A DNA stretch of 64,000 nucleotides from a virus (taxonomy: Duplodnaviria; Caudoviricetes): the IMG/VR virus record IMGVR_UViG_2843675664_000001, positions 5,636-69,635 of that record; one strand, given 5' to 3'. The notes under the pieces were generated by a model, which was not told the DNA's origin, ran no database searches, and saw nothing but the letters and a program-made list of their open reading frames with translations. Positions within the stretch are counted from its first letter, which is position 1; each line of letters begins with the position of its first letter. The position numbers were made by a program, and so were the translations under genes. Positions 51,103-60,729 of this stretch are shown here, in pieces.

Positions 51103-53803
51103 TGTTATCCGTGAGGTGAAACTGAAAGCCAACGGGCAATGGCAGGGCATTCTGTCCGCTGTGGGTGCGGAGGTGCCGGTAAATACTCACACAGCCTGCC
51201 CGGGATGCGGCGGTAAAGACCGGTTCCGTTTTGATGATAAGGACGGTAACGGCACGTTTATCTGTAATCAGTGCGGCGCAGGTGACGGGTTAGACCTCGT
51301 TCAGCGTGTACTAGGCGTGGGTGTGACGGAGGCCGCGAAAGAAGTTGCAGGGATTATCGGTATTGATACCCGCTCAGACCATCAGCCCGCCAGAGAACGG
51401 ACTCAGGTTAATGCGCAGCAGGAGAGCCACAAAGCCGCGCAGCAGCAGAAAGAAGCCGGTGACGCAGCAGAGAAACAAAAACGCTTCACAGCGCGTTACA
51501 ACGGTCTGTTATCGCAGGTTCAGCAGGGAGAATCCGTTTATCTGACCGGTAAAGGGCTGACCGGCTTCACGCTGCCGTTACTGCCTGACGGGGCAATCCT
51601 GATCCCGCTGGTGAATGCGACCGGCACCGTCACCGGCGCACAGACCATTAAGCCGGACGGCGGGAAACGCCTGTTAACGGACAGCACGAAGAAAGGCAGT
51701 TATTACCCCGTCAATACGCCTGATAACGTTTCTGAGGTGATTATTGCTGAGGGGCTGGCAACCGCCCTGACGTGTCACTTAATCCGCCCTGATGCGCTGA
51801 CCGTGGCGGCAATAGATGCCGGGAACCTGATCCACGTTGCGAAGCACTTTCGAGACCAATACGCGCGCGCGACCCTCATTATTGCTGCCGATAATGACGC
51901 AGATAACACGATCAACACCGGCAGGGAAAAAGCAGAAGCGGCAGCACGGGCGGTTAACGGTCAGGTGACGATGCCGGCCACCAGCGGGGACTGGAACGAT
52001 ATGTATCAGGCTGAGGGGTTGGGTGCCGTGGTAAGCGCATTCACAGAGGGAATGTATCAGCAGGAGGATAGTGACAGCGGACAGGCACCGGAACCGGTAG
52101 AAAAGCCCGCCGCAGCCGACCAGATGAAGCCCCGGATTGAAACCCGTGATAACGGTGTCTTTCAGGTAATCCCGAAGCTGGATAAAGAAACCGGGGAAAT
52201 CATCAATAACGAGCAGTGGCTCAGTGACCCGCTGACGGTGGTGGCTGCGGGTGTTAACGATGTGAATGAGTCATTCCTGATAATGGACTGCGGCAGCGGC
52301 ACCACAAAGGCGATCCCGATGGCAGATATCGGTGAGCGTGAGGGCTGGCGGACACTGAAAGCCAGCGGCGTGATTGTCACCACCAAACCGGCGTTACGGG
52401 CAACACTGGCAGACTGGCTGATGCGCAGCAGGGGGCGGGATGTGTGGAGCGTGACCCATAAATCCGGCTGGCACAAAGGCGCGTATATCATGCCGGACGG
52501 CTCTGTTATCGGTGAGCCGGATAAGCCTGTGCTGTTTAACGGGCAGAGTGCGGCCGCAACTGCCTATCAGGTCAGCGGAACAGCGGAAAGCTGGCGGAAT
52601 GAGGTGGCACGGCTGGCGGAAGGCAATATCTTCATGATGTTTGCTGTCGGCGCAGCACTGGCAGCACCCATGACCGGGATCACAATGGCGGACAGCTTCG
52701 GTATTCACCTTTATGCCCAGTCCACCGCCGGTAAGAGCACCACGGCGGATATGGCGGTCAGTCTGTACGGGCATCCGGATTTACAGCGGCTGACATGGTA
52801 CGGCACCGCCTACGGTATCGCTAATGAGGCTGTAGCGCACAATGACGGGCTTTTATATCTGGATGAAGTCGGACAGGGCGCAGATCCGAAACATGTCTAT
52901 AAATCGGCGTACACGCTGTTTAACGGCAAGGGAAAGATTCAGGGAGCCAGAGACGGCGGTAACCGTCCGCTGGAGAGCTGGCGGACAGTGGCGATCAGCA
53001 CCGGTGAAAAAGATATCGAAACATTCCTGCTCAGTTCCGGCGTGAAAATTAATGCCGGGCAGTTAGTCCGGTTGCTTAATATCCCGGTTCAGCGGGCAAC
53101 GGAGCTTCACGGCTGCGAAACAGGTAAACACCATGCCGACACTATCAAAGTGAACTGCCGTTCTCATTATGGCGCAGCGGGACGCGGGTGGATCACCTGG
53201 CTTTCCGCGCACAAAGATGATGCAAAAACCGCTTACCGTGACGCACAAAAGCGGTGGAGCAAACTGATCCCGGATAACTACGGGGAGCAGGTTCACCGGG
53301 CAAGTGACCGTTTTGCTGCGGTTGAGGCAGCGTTACTGACCGGACGGGTGATCACCGGCTGGCGTGAGCAGGACTGCCGGGATGCGGTTCAGGCGGTATT
53401 CAATGTCTGGCTGGCAGAGTTCGGCACCGGCAACAAAGAAATTGAGCAGATAATCGGACAGGCGGAGGCATTCCTCAACGCACACGGACTGAGCCGGTTC
53501 GCACCACTGCCGTATGACTGCCGGGACATGCCAATCCGGGATTTGGCCGGGTACAGAAAGAAAGGGGATCACGACAATGACCCGATTGTCTTCTACACCT
53601 TTCCGGCGGCATTTGAGAAAGAAATCTCTCAGGGCGTGAATTACAAACAATTTGCCGAAGTGCTGAAAACAGCCGGAATGCTGATACCGCCGTCCAGCGG
53701 CAGAGGCTATCAGCGGAAAAGTCCGAGAATAGACGGGCGGCAGATTAACGTCTATGTGCTGCGGTTTATGCCGGAAACCTCAGACCCGGAGGATGAAAGT
53801 TAA
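51089..53803 (+). CDS. Primase-helicase (Zn finger, TOPRIM, DUF927)
   Basis: CPGCGGKDRFR, AEGLAT, AADND, STAGKST, LDE. Confidence 0.9.
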   Translation: MKSIDVIREVKLKANGQWQGILSAVGAEVPVNTHTACPGCGGKDRFRFDDKDGNGTFICNQCGAGDGLDLVQRVLGVGVTEAAKEVAGIIGIDTRSDHQPARERTQVNAQQESHKAAQQQKEAGDAAEKQKRFTARYNGLLSQVQQGESVYLTGKGLTGFTLPLLPDGAILIPLVNATGTVTGAQTIKPDGGKRLLTDSTKKGSYYPVNTPDNVSEVIIAEGLATALTCHLIRPDALTVAAIDAGNLIHVAKHFRDQYARATLIIAADNDADNTINTGREKAEAAARAVNGQVTMPATSGDWNDMYQAEGLGAVVSAFTEGMYQQEDSDSGQAPEPVEKPAAADQMKPRIETRDNGVFQVIPKLDKETGEIINNEQWLSDPLTVVAAGVNDVNESFLIMDCGSGTTKAIPMADIGEREGWRTLKASGVIVTTKPALRATLADWLMRSRGRDVWSVTHKSGWHKGAYIMPDGSVIGEPDKPVLFNGQSAAATAYQVSGTAESWRNEVARLAEGNIFMMFAVGAALAAPMTGITMADSFGIHLYAQSTAGKSTTADMAVSLYGHPDLQRLTWYGTAYGIANEAVAHNDGLLYLDEVGQGADPKHVYKSAYTLFNGKGKIQGARDGGNRPLESWRTVAISTGEKDIETFLLSSGVKINAGQLVRLLNIPVQRATELHGCETGKHHADTIKVNCRSHYGAAGRGWITWLSAHKDDAKTAYRDAQKRWSKLIPDNYGEQVHRASDRFAAVEAALLTGRVITGWREQDCRDAVQAVFNVWLAEFGTGNKEIEQIIGQAEAFLNAHGLSRFAPLPYDCRDMPIRDLAGYRKKGDHDNDPIVFYTFPAAFEKEISQGVNYKQFAEVLKTAGMLIPPSSGRGYQRKSPRIDGRQINVYVLRFMPETSDPEDES

Positions 53804-53885
53804 TTTAGTGTTACTAAACCCCCCCGAAGCATCACCGGGGTGTATTCAGATAAAAAACGCTATACGTGAAAAACAGTGTTTTAGT

Positions 53886-54178
53886 GTTGGTTCAGTTGGT
53901 TCATTTAATAAGGTGTATTGATTTATAAGGAAAATAGTCTGTTTTCTGAACCAACACTGAACCAACAAAGGGCTGTTTTGAACCAACAAACGGGCATTTT
54001 GAACCAACACTGAAAATCAGCCGTTTCCCCTCTGGCTGGCAGTGACCGGAAAGAATGTTGGTTCAGTGCCGGAGTATGTTGGTTCAATCGGGGGCAATGT
54101 TGGTTCAGTATTTTGAAATAAATCATTTAAAAACAATCGTCTTTACAAATTGAACCAACTGAACCGACTGAACCGACA
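53886..54178. repeat. Satellite replication origin iterons (TGAACCAAC, both orientations)
   Basis: About 12 direct and inverted copies just after the primase gene, with AT-rich flanks. Confidence 0.85.
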
Positions 54179-54223
54179 CCTGATCGCGTATTTATATAAA
54201 AAAATAAAACGGGAGTAACGAAA

Positions 54224-54693
54224 GTGAGCAGAGAAATTCTCACCTTAAAGAAAAGCAACAAAGCTATAACAATTCAGACCGATACCAGCGCACCAAAAAG
54301 CGCACCGGATAAAACGCAGCAGGAAGCCCCACAGCAGCCGCAGAAGAAAAACAGGGCAGAGGCTCACGCGAAGAAGCGGAAACGCCGTACAGACCGGATA
54401 GCGCAGCACTGGCCGGTATTCACTTTACAGGGAGCCAGACCGCTGGCAATCGGCATACGGGAACAGATGATTGCGGAAGCTGAGGCGCGGGGCTGGATAT
54501 TACCGGCGGGCAAATAAAACAGGGAATACACGCTTACATTAACCGGAAGGTGTATCTTAGAACTCTCATGACGGGCGGCAATCGCTTTGATATGAACGGA
54601 CAGCCTAACGGTGAAATTACACCAGAGCAGGCAGATGCCGCTGAACAAAAGTTGCAGGGATGGCAACACACTAATAAGCAGGATGAATTATGA
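54224..54693 (+). CDS. ProQ/FinO domain protein, apparent -1 frameshift in G4 at 54489-54492
   Basis: PLAIGIRE then, in the shifted frame, YLRTL...RFDMNGQPNGEITPEQ; restored ORF ends in ATGA overlap with next gene. Confidence 0.75.
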
Positions 54694-54911
54694 AAATGAC
54701 CTACCGAACCGAAGGAGAGACGGATGTAATTGAACTGGAATATTCAATATTTGAGCTTGATAAAATTAAATATGCAATAGAATCAATCAGGCGAATAGCA
54801 GATGTTAAAATTGAAACAACCGGCTTTTTTCTGAAACGAATGAAAATTAAAGGTACCCCAGAACAGGTCAAAATAGCAGGAAAGGCATTAAGACGCAGAT
54901 ATCATCATTAA
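54690..54911 (+). CDS. Small hypothetical protein
   Basis: Coupled ORF, followed by hairpin at 54919-54939. Confidence 0.55.
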   Translation: MKMTYRTEGETDVIELEYSIFELDKIKYAIESIRRIADVKIETTGFFLKRMKIKGTPEQVKIAGKALRRRYHH

Positions 54912-55076
54912 TCAAAGTAGCCGGGGGATTCCCCCGGCTATCCCCTCATAGAAATAAAGAAACTAAAAATAAAAATAAATAGAAAATAATTCTCCAAAAC
55001 TATAGATATCATGGGGTGTTTGTTGCTTATTTATACAAATCAATTAAAATAACTGTATGTAAATACAGGAGGCACT

Positions 55077-55289
55077 ATGAGCAACAATAAACGGGATATG
55101 CATCCTATTCTTATCGAACTGGACTCAATCGAACGGGTTAAGCAGATACAAAAAGCCGCGCAATCCACCAGCCTTATCAGCCTGAATATCACAACGTCAG
55201 AATATATTCGCGGGTTACTGAATAAGGCGATTGAACAGGCAGAGAAATCACTGAATATCATGAGGGAGGGGAGCGCATGGCAACAATAA
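55077..55289 (+). CDS. Small putative DNA-binding protein upstream of TMP
   Basis: AGGAGG RBS; overlaps TMP start. Confidence 0.6.
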   Translation: MSNNKRDMHPILIELDSIERVKQIQKAAQSTSLISLNITTSEYIRGLLNKAIEQAEKSLNIMREGSAWQQ

Positions 55290-57679
55290 TTGATGCGCTG
55301 ATCGTATCGCTCAGGCTTGATAATAGTGGTTTCAGCAATGAAGCCAAAAAATCGACGGCAGAGAATAATAAATTATCGGCATCTGTTGAAAATGTCACTA
55401 ATGCGTCCGCAGATTTAACCATCACGATAAAAAACCTCGGTAACGAAACCAAAAAGGCGACGAAGAAGCAGGATGATTTCACGAAGTCTGTTAACGAAGG
55501 AGTGAAAGCTGTCGGTGCGCTTTTCTCGGCTATTCTGGTTTCTTCGGGGCTGGCGAAACTCATCTCTGAAGTTAACCGGGCAAATGACCAGCTTTATTTC
55601 CTGAGCAAAAACCTCGGCATGAGTGCCACTGAGATTAAAAAGTGGCAGAACATGGCTGAGATGTCCGGCGGCTCTGCGGATGGTATGGCGGCGAGCATGT
55701 CCAACCTCAGCAAATCGCTGTGGGATTTGGTCACTATCGGGGATTCCTCGGTGCTGCCGTATTTTAATGCGCTGAATGTCGGCGTGGTGGACTCAGGCGG
55801 TAAACTGCGCGACCTCGACGCTATCCTGCTGGATGTGGCCGACAGCCTCTCCGGTATGTCCCGCCCGCAGGCGTACAACATTGCGAAAAACATGGGCTTT
55901 GACGAGGGCACGATTAACACCCTGCTGCAAGGCCGTGACGCAATGCAGAAAATGCTGGACACGCAGCGCGGCCTGGTTATCTCCGGCGAGGAAGAACTGG
56001 AAATCAGCCGTCAGCTCAACAAACAGAATGCGAAGGTTCGGCAAGGCTGGGAGGGTCTGAAAACCCTGCTGGCAAACTACCTGATGCCGTCACTGCTGAA
56101 ATTCTCTGAGGTGATCACCGGTGTGCTGATGTTCCTGAACAAGAACAGAGACACGGCTGTAATGGTGTTTAAGGGCATCGGAATTGTGCTGGGCGTCCTG
56201 CTTATCCCGCTGGTGATAAAAGCCGCTGCGGCCTTTCTGGGGCTGTTTGCGTCAATCGGGCTGGTTCCCCTCGCTTTGTTTGCTCTCGGTGCAGGTCTCT
56301 GGCTGCTGTATGACGATTATAAAAAATGGAAAGAAGGCGGCGAATCACTGCTGGGTGAATATTGGGCTAAGTGGGATAAAACCATTACCTATATTCTGAT
56401 GAAGCTGGATCAGTTCGAAAGATGGTTCAAAGGAACCACTATCGGGCAATGGTTTACCGACCAGGAGGGAAACCTCAATAAACTGGAAGCAGCGTTTGCT
56501 GCGTTTGCCGCATACATTGCTACCAAGTGGGCGGCGAAAATGCTGAACGCATTCGGGCGGGTATCAAGGGGCGCAACCAAAGTCGGCAAAGGCTTAGGTA
56601 AAGGATTTATTGGCAAAGCTGGTGGAGTAGCAGCAGCGACATATGTTGCCTCTGATTTGGTTGATTATGCGCTGAATGAAGCTTTCGGTGGGTTTGACTG
56701 GTTCCAGCGGTTTAGAACAGCCCCAACGTGGGGATATGCAGGTAAAGCCATTATTGGTGAAGGGGATGCCCGCTGGGTGGATGGAGAGTGGGTTGATAAC
56801 CGCGGTAAGCAAAACGGAGCGCGCTTAACTGAAAACACACTGGATATACCGACCGGCGACCCTGAGAGAGATACACTTGCCGCCAAAGTGTCAAAAGGCG
56901 AATTAAGCCTGGACGAGGCTAATGATATCCTGATGAATGGTTATGATATTTCATCTGATACGGACGGTGAGGACGGCAGCGTTGCCAGAAATCATAGCGA
57001 GAGAGGCTTGCGCTATAACAGCCCGCTAAACCTTGCTTATGCTAATCAGCAGGGCGCAGATAATATCGGTGGCTGGGCTAAATTTGATACGGAATACAAC
57101 GGAATACGAGCCAGTGCAAACCAACTGAAGATGTATTATGACGGCACATCACGCGCCGCCGGTTATCAGAAACTGCAAACGGTGTGGGATATTATTCACA
57201 AATGGGCACCCAAAGGACACGGTAAAAATGATCCGGTCGCATACTCAAATACAGTGGCTTCCGGGATGGGGGTTGACGTTCATGATAAAATTAACCTGAA
57301 TGACCCGTCGGTGATGTATGACCTGATGAAAGAAATGTCCAAAATGGAAAATAAGGGGAAATTCCCGTATTCCAAAGGGCTGGTTATGTCTGCCATTAAT
57401 GGTACTGGTGATCCGGCTGTAGATCTGGCAAATAAAATCAATAGTTTTAATGACTTTGTTTCCAATCCCATTGCGCCGAACGCAGCCGCAGGAACCCGGC
57501 AAATTATGGCTAATTCACAGATGCTTCAGCCGGGAAACAAGACCGTTAATAACCGTGTTGAGGCTAATTTCGGAGATATTAATATCAACACCTCATCAGC
57601 GACAGTCAGCGGTAATGTGGCAGATGCGACCACATCCGCCCGCGAAAACATGTTCCAGCTGATCACACCGATGAGTTAA
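55277..57679 (+). CDS. Tape-measure-like protein with C-terminal lysozyme/transglycosylase-like domain
   Basis: MATIIDALIVSLRLD N-terminus, helical/TM middle, RGLRYNSPLNL...KFDTEYNG...IIHKWAP...NDPVAY. Confidence 0.75.
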   Translation: MATIIDALIVSLRLDNSGFSNEAKKSTAENNKLSASVENVTNASADLTITIKNLGNETKKATKKQDDFTKSVNEGVKAVGALFSAILVSSGLAKLISEVNRANDQLYFLSKNLGMSATEIKKWQNMAEMSGGSADGMAASMSNLSKSLWDLVTIGDSSVLPYFNALNVGVVDSGGKLRDLDAILLDVADSLSGMSRPQAYNIAKNMGFDEGTINTLLQGRDAMQKMLDTQRGLVISGEEELEISRQLNKQNAKVRQGWEGLKTLLANYLMPSLLKFSEVITGVLMFLNKNRDTAVMVFKGIGIVLGVLLIPLVIKAAAAFLGLFASIGLVPLALFALGAGLWLLYDDYKKWKEGGESLLGEYWAKWDKTITYILMKLDQFERWFKGTTIGQWFTDQEGNLNKLEAAFAAFAAYIATKWAAKMLNAFGRVSRGATKVGKGLGKGFIGKAGGVAAATYVASDLVDYALNEAFGGFDWFQRFRTAPTWGYAGKAIIGEGDARWVDGEWVDNRGKQNGARLTENTLDIPTGDPERDTLAAKVSKGELSLDEANDILMNGYDISSDTDGEDGSVARNHSERGLRYNSPLNLAYANQQGADNIGGWAKFDTEYNGIRASANQLKMYYDGTSRAAGYQKLQTVWDIIHKWAPKGHGKNDPVAYSNTVASGMGVDVHDKINLNDPSVMYDLMKEMSKMENKGKFPYSKGLVMSAINGTGDPAVDLANKINSFNDFVSNPIAPNAAAGTRQIMANSQMLQPGNKTVNNRVEANFGDININTSSATVSGNVADATTSARENMFQLITPMS

Positions 57680-57701
57680 ACGATAAAGGGCTCAAAGCCC
57701 T

Positions 57702-58058
57702 TTATTTACAAACGACAGGGGAAGATATCGGCTTGCCGGGACGTTCCGGTGAGCCGTCCTGACTAAATAAAAAATACCGATGCGTGATTATTCCGGTATC
57801 TCCTGAATGGTGGAGTTGAGATACTTTTCTATTCCCTTTAAATCCATAAAAAAGATATGAATCTACATTGCCATTTTTGTTAACTTTATGGCTGATAATT
57901 ACAATATTGGTAGGGACATCATTTACTCTGACTTCATTAATATAGTCATTTTCTTCAAATAGCTGAATGAAATCGGTACCACAAGTCATCGTCATAACAC
58001 TAGCGGTGGCCGCCAGTGGCAATACTGATAAAACCAGCACAATAAATTTTAATTTCAA
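57702..58058 (-). CDS. Secreted/periplasmic protein convergent with TMP
   Basis: Signal peptide KLKFIVLVLSVLPLAATA; shared hairpin at 57685-57703. Confidence 0.65.
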   Translation of the reverse strand: MKLKFIVLVLSVLPLAATASVMTMTCGTDFIQLFEENDYINEVRVNDVPTNIVIISHKVNKNGNVDSYLFYGFKGNRKVSQLHHSGDTGIITHRYFLFSQDGSPERPGKPISSPVVCK

Positions 58059-58144
58059 GGTGCTTCTCCTTTTTCCTGAAAGAGTTTACGGGTAATAGTA
58101 AATTAAAAAATGTACAAAGACAGCAATTGAAAGAGATAAAAGCT

Positions 58145-58336
58145 ATGCAGAAAAGCACAAAGAAACAGACTAACCGCTACTTTAACGGTACACCGACAAC
58201 ACGCCTGACAGTCACCTGTGAGCAGTCTGTTATTGACGCGGTAGACAGCCACATTAAGCGCAGCAGGCACATGCGGGGCAACCGTGCAGAGTTCGTCAGG
58301 CAGGCTATCATTGAGAAATTAGAGCGTGAACTCTGA
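58145..58336 (+). CDS. CopG/RHH protein
   Basis: RLTVT...NRAEFVRQAIIEKL. Confidence 0.75.
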   Translation: MQKSTKKQTNRYFNGTPTTRLTVTCEQSVIDAVDSHIKRSRHMRGNRAEFVRQAIIEKLEREL

Positions 58337-59084
58337 TGATTTAGACACCAGTACGCGCACGCGCGAGAGGCTGACAGCTTTGATGATTTTCGGACATGTT
58401 AGAAAGCCCGTGAAAGCGGGCTGAATAGCGACAAATACAGAGAGTAAATCCTAACAAATCCTAACGTTTTTCGGATATCGCAATACTAAGTTTTACTAAG
58501 TCTTATCGGCCCGAATCTTTGGAAATCTTAAGTAAAATGATAACAATTGATGCCGTTATCTGGCGTTTCTGACCCGGTACGGATGCTAACATTTGCTAAC
58601 GTTCCGGGTGATAAGGTTTGATAAGGTAAATACCTCCGCAGATCCCCGCCGCGCCTTAAAAAATCTATAAATGTTTCCGGTTCGCATGTATCGGAATGTA
58701 TCGGTATTGTGCGCGCTGAACTGCGCAAAACGAAACCCGAAAACTGTGCAGTGCGAACCACGGTAAAAGCCTTGTGTAACAATGGTTAACGTGATTTTTG
58801 CGCAAATATGGATGTATAGAAATGTTAAGGTCAAATTGCGAATTGCGGGCGGAGTGCGGAGTATGCTTAACATCAGAGTTGATACAAGTTTGATGATGAT
58901 TGGCACGTTTTGTTTTTGCTTTTTAACTAAATCCTAGTAGTTTAGTTTTTCTGGTTAGCCTAGTTATGTACGTATTGGTTATATCAATAAAAGGTGTATA
59001 CTTAACAATCAACTTATTAGATTAATACTGAAATTCAGACTAATGCTAATAAATTCAAATAACTAACTAGTGGTAATATTACGC

Positions 59085-59660
59085 ATGGGTCGCCAAATTC
59101 ACATTGGATACCATAATTGTCGTGATGAAGGTGGTTATGATTTCCTCCGTGAAAATGTTCCTTTTTTAAGCGGAGAGGGAGATAATCAGTGGCTGACTCA
59201 AGGCTACTACTTCTGGACAGATGATACCTACTGGGCTGAACGGTGGAATCAAGGGAAACAGGTAACAATAAGTAAGTTTACTATTACATTTCATGAAGAT
59301 GATGAGCTACTAGATTTAGTCGGCAACACTAGACAAATATGTGAATTTCAAAAAATGCGTACGCAAGTTGCGCAAAAATTAGACATTAAAGATGTGGGTA
59401 AAATTACGGTTTCTCAGGTGATCGCTTTTTTTAGAAAACTGAACAAGGAAACCAAATCTTCAGGAATTTTTCCCTATTTAGCAGTTAAAGCACAAGACGC
59501 TCCACATGATAGCAGGTTCCTCAAAATGCTATTTACCCGTTATCGGCGAGAGCATCTTTGTTTAGCCACTAGGCAGCAAATGTGCGTTTTTGCTCACGCG
59601 AAGGACAGAATTGATTTTAGCTGTTTCATGTCCCCAAAAGAGTACACTGAACAAAATTAG
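59085..59660 (+). CDS. ADP-ribosyltransferase-like toxin (CmdT-like)
   Basis: GYH...QWLTQGYYFW...LLDL...QMCV; first gene of TAC triplet. Confidence 0.65.
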   Translation: MGRQIHIGYHNCRDEGGYDFLRENVPFLSGEGDNQWLTQGYYFWTDDTYWAERWNQGKQVTISKFTITFHEDDELLDLVGNTRQICEFQKMRTQVAQKLDIKDVGKITVSQVIAFFRKLNKETKSSGIFPYLAVKAQDAPHDSRFLKMLFTRYRREHLCLATRQQMCVFAHAKDRIDFSCFMSPKEYTEQN

Positions 59661-59669
59661 GAGGAAATT

Positions 59670-59903
59670 ATGCTTTCCTTTGAAGAAAGAATGACTTTAT
59701 TAGAAGCGGCTCTCAGTGAGTATACTCCTGAGTCTCTTTTTGAAGAACTGTCTAAATTCCCAGCATATGGGAGATCTTTAGCTGCTCATGTAGTTGAAGT
59801 ATCTGAGCGAGTAACTGTCATCGAGCCTAGTAATCTCGATGCTCCTAGCAGAAGAAATATTATTTTTTCTTCAGAAACTTACGACATGGGTGAAGCAGCT
59901 TAG
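59670..59903 (+). CDS. Antitoxin (CmdA-like) with C-terminal AA degron-like end
   Basis: Lies between toxin and chaperone; ends YDMGEAA. Confidence 0.6.
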   Translation: MLSFEERMTLLEAALSEYTPESLFEELSKFPAYGRSLAAHVVEVSERVTVIEPSNLDAPSRRNIIFSSETYDMGEAA

Positions 59904-59905
59904 CA

Positions 59906-60307
59906 ATGAAGCTTTCATTGAAAGAAAATAAAGTAAACCAGCTAATTCTGGTTGATGCCGAAGACAATCAGACGTTAGATTCTGACTTTAGCTTAAGTTT
60001 TGAGCCGATTTTCTATGAGGAAGACGCTAGAAAATTCAAAATTGTGTTCGATTTTGAATATATAACTACAGATAGAAAATACTTAAGAATAGATTATCAG
60101 AGCTATTTTATTACTGATTCAGATATTAATGAAGCTTTTCGTAATTCTAAGTTTCCAGTAATCAATGCGCCGGCTATCGCATTCCCATTTTTAAGGGCTT
60201 TTTTGGCCAACTTACTTATTAGTGGAGGCCATCCGCCGGTGCTTCTTCCAAGTATAAACTTCCTTCATTACGCCCAAGAAAACATCTCTAAACCTGAAGT
60301 GTTTTAA
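59906..60307 (+). CDS. SecB-like chaperone (CmdC-like)
   Basis: INAPAIAFPFLRAFL...PPVLLPSINF. Confidence 0.85.
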   Translation: MKLSLKENKVNQLILVDAEDNQTLDSDFSLSFEPIFYEEDARKFKIVFDFEYITTDRKYLRIDYQSYFITDSDINEAFRNSKFPVINAPAIAFPFLRAFLANLLISGGHPPVLLPSINFLHYAQENISKPEVF

Positions 60308-60729
60308 ATGGATAGACCCATATCTCTGGGTCTTTGCTTTCTGCGCTTCCACGCAGAATAGATATCCTTGTCCCACGCTTTACCGGCCTTTGTCTGATAG
60401 CCAGCCTCGTTAATCCGTTCAGCAATGACACGCCCGTTATCCACCCCCTCAGACAGCACCTGATTCACCACAGCGACGATTGCCGGTTCATTGTAGGCAT
60501 GAGGCGGGATATCGGCTTTACCTGCAATCAGTGAAGCGGCGGCGGATTCCAGTCTTTCCACCAGCGTCAGCATACGGGCATCAGGACTCCCCTCTGGGCG
60601 GTTCAGCTTCTCTTTAATGGCTGAAGCTATCCATGATGTTTTATCGCTGCCGGAAGCCGTTACAGCGTCATTAAACACGGTCTGGAGTTCAGCGGGGAGA
60701 CGAAAGGCGACAAGGTTAGAATTGCTCAT
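60304..60729 (-). CDS. RHH + recombinase-like HTH DNA-binding protein
   Basis: VAFRLPAEL N-terminus; IAERINEAGYQTKAGKAW. Confidence 0.6.
   Translation of the reverse strand: MSNSNLVAFRLPAELQTVFNDAVTASGSDKTSWIASAIKEKLNRPEGSPDARMLTLVERLESAAASLIAGKADIPPHAYNEPAIVAVVNQVLSEGVDNGRVIAERINEAGYQTKAGKAWDKDIYSAWKRRKQRPRDMGLSI

Noticed and set aside
53886-54178. Novel repeat system
   Set aside because: Short direct and inverted iterons just after a primase gene are the ordinary satellite origin.
58528-58906. Minus-strand ORFs over the module cluster, and ORFs at 61003-61465 and 62567-63147
   Set aside because: No recognisable protein features; probably incidental frames across repeat DNA.
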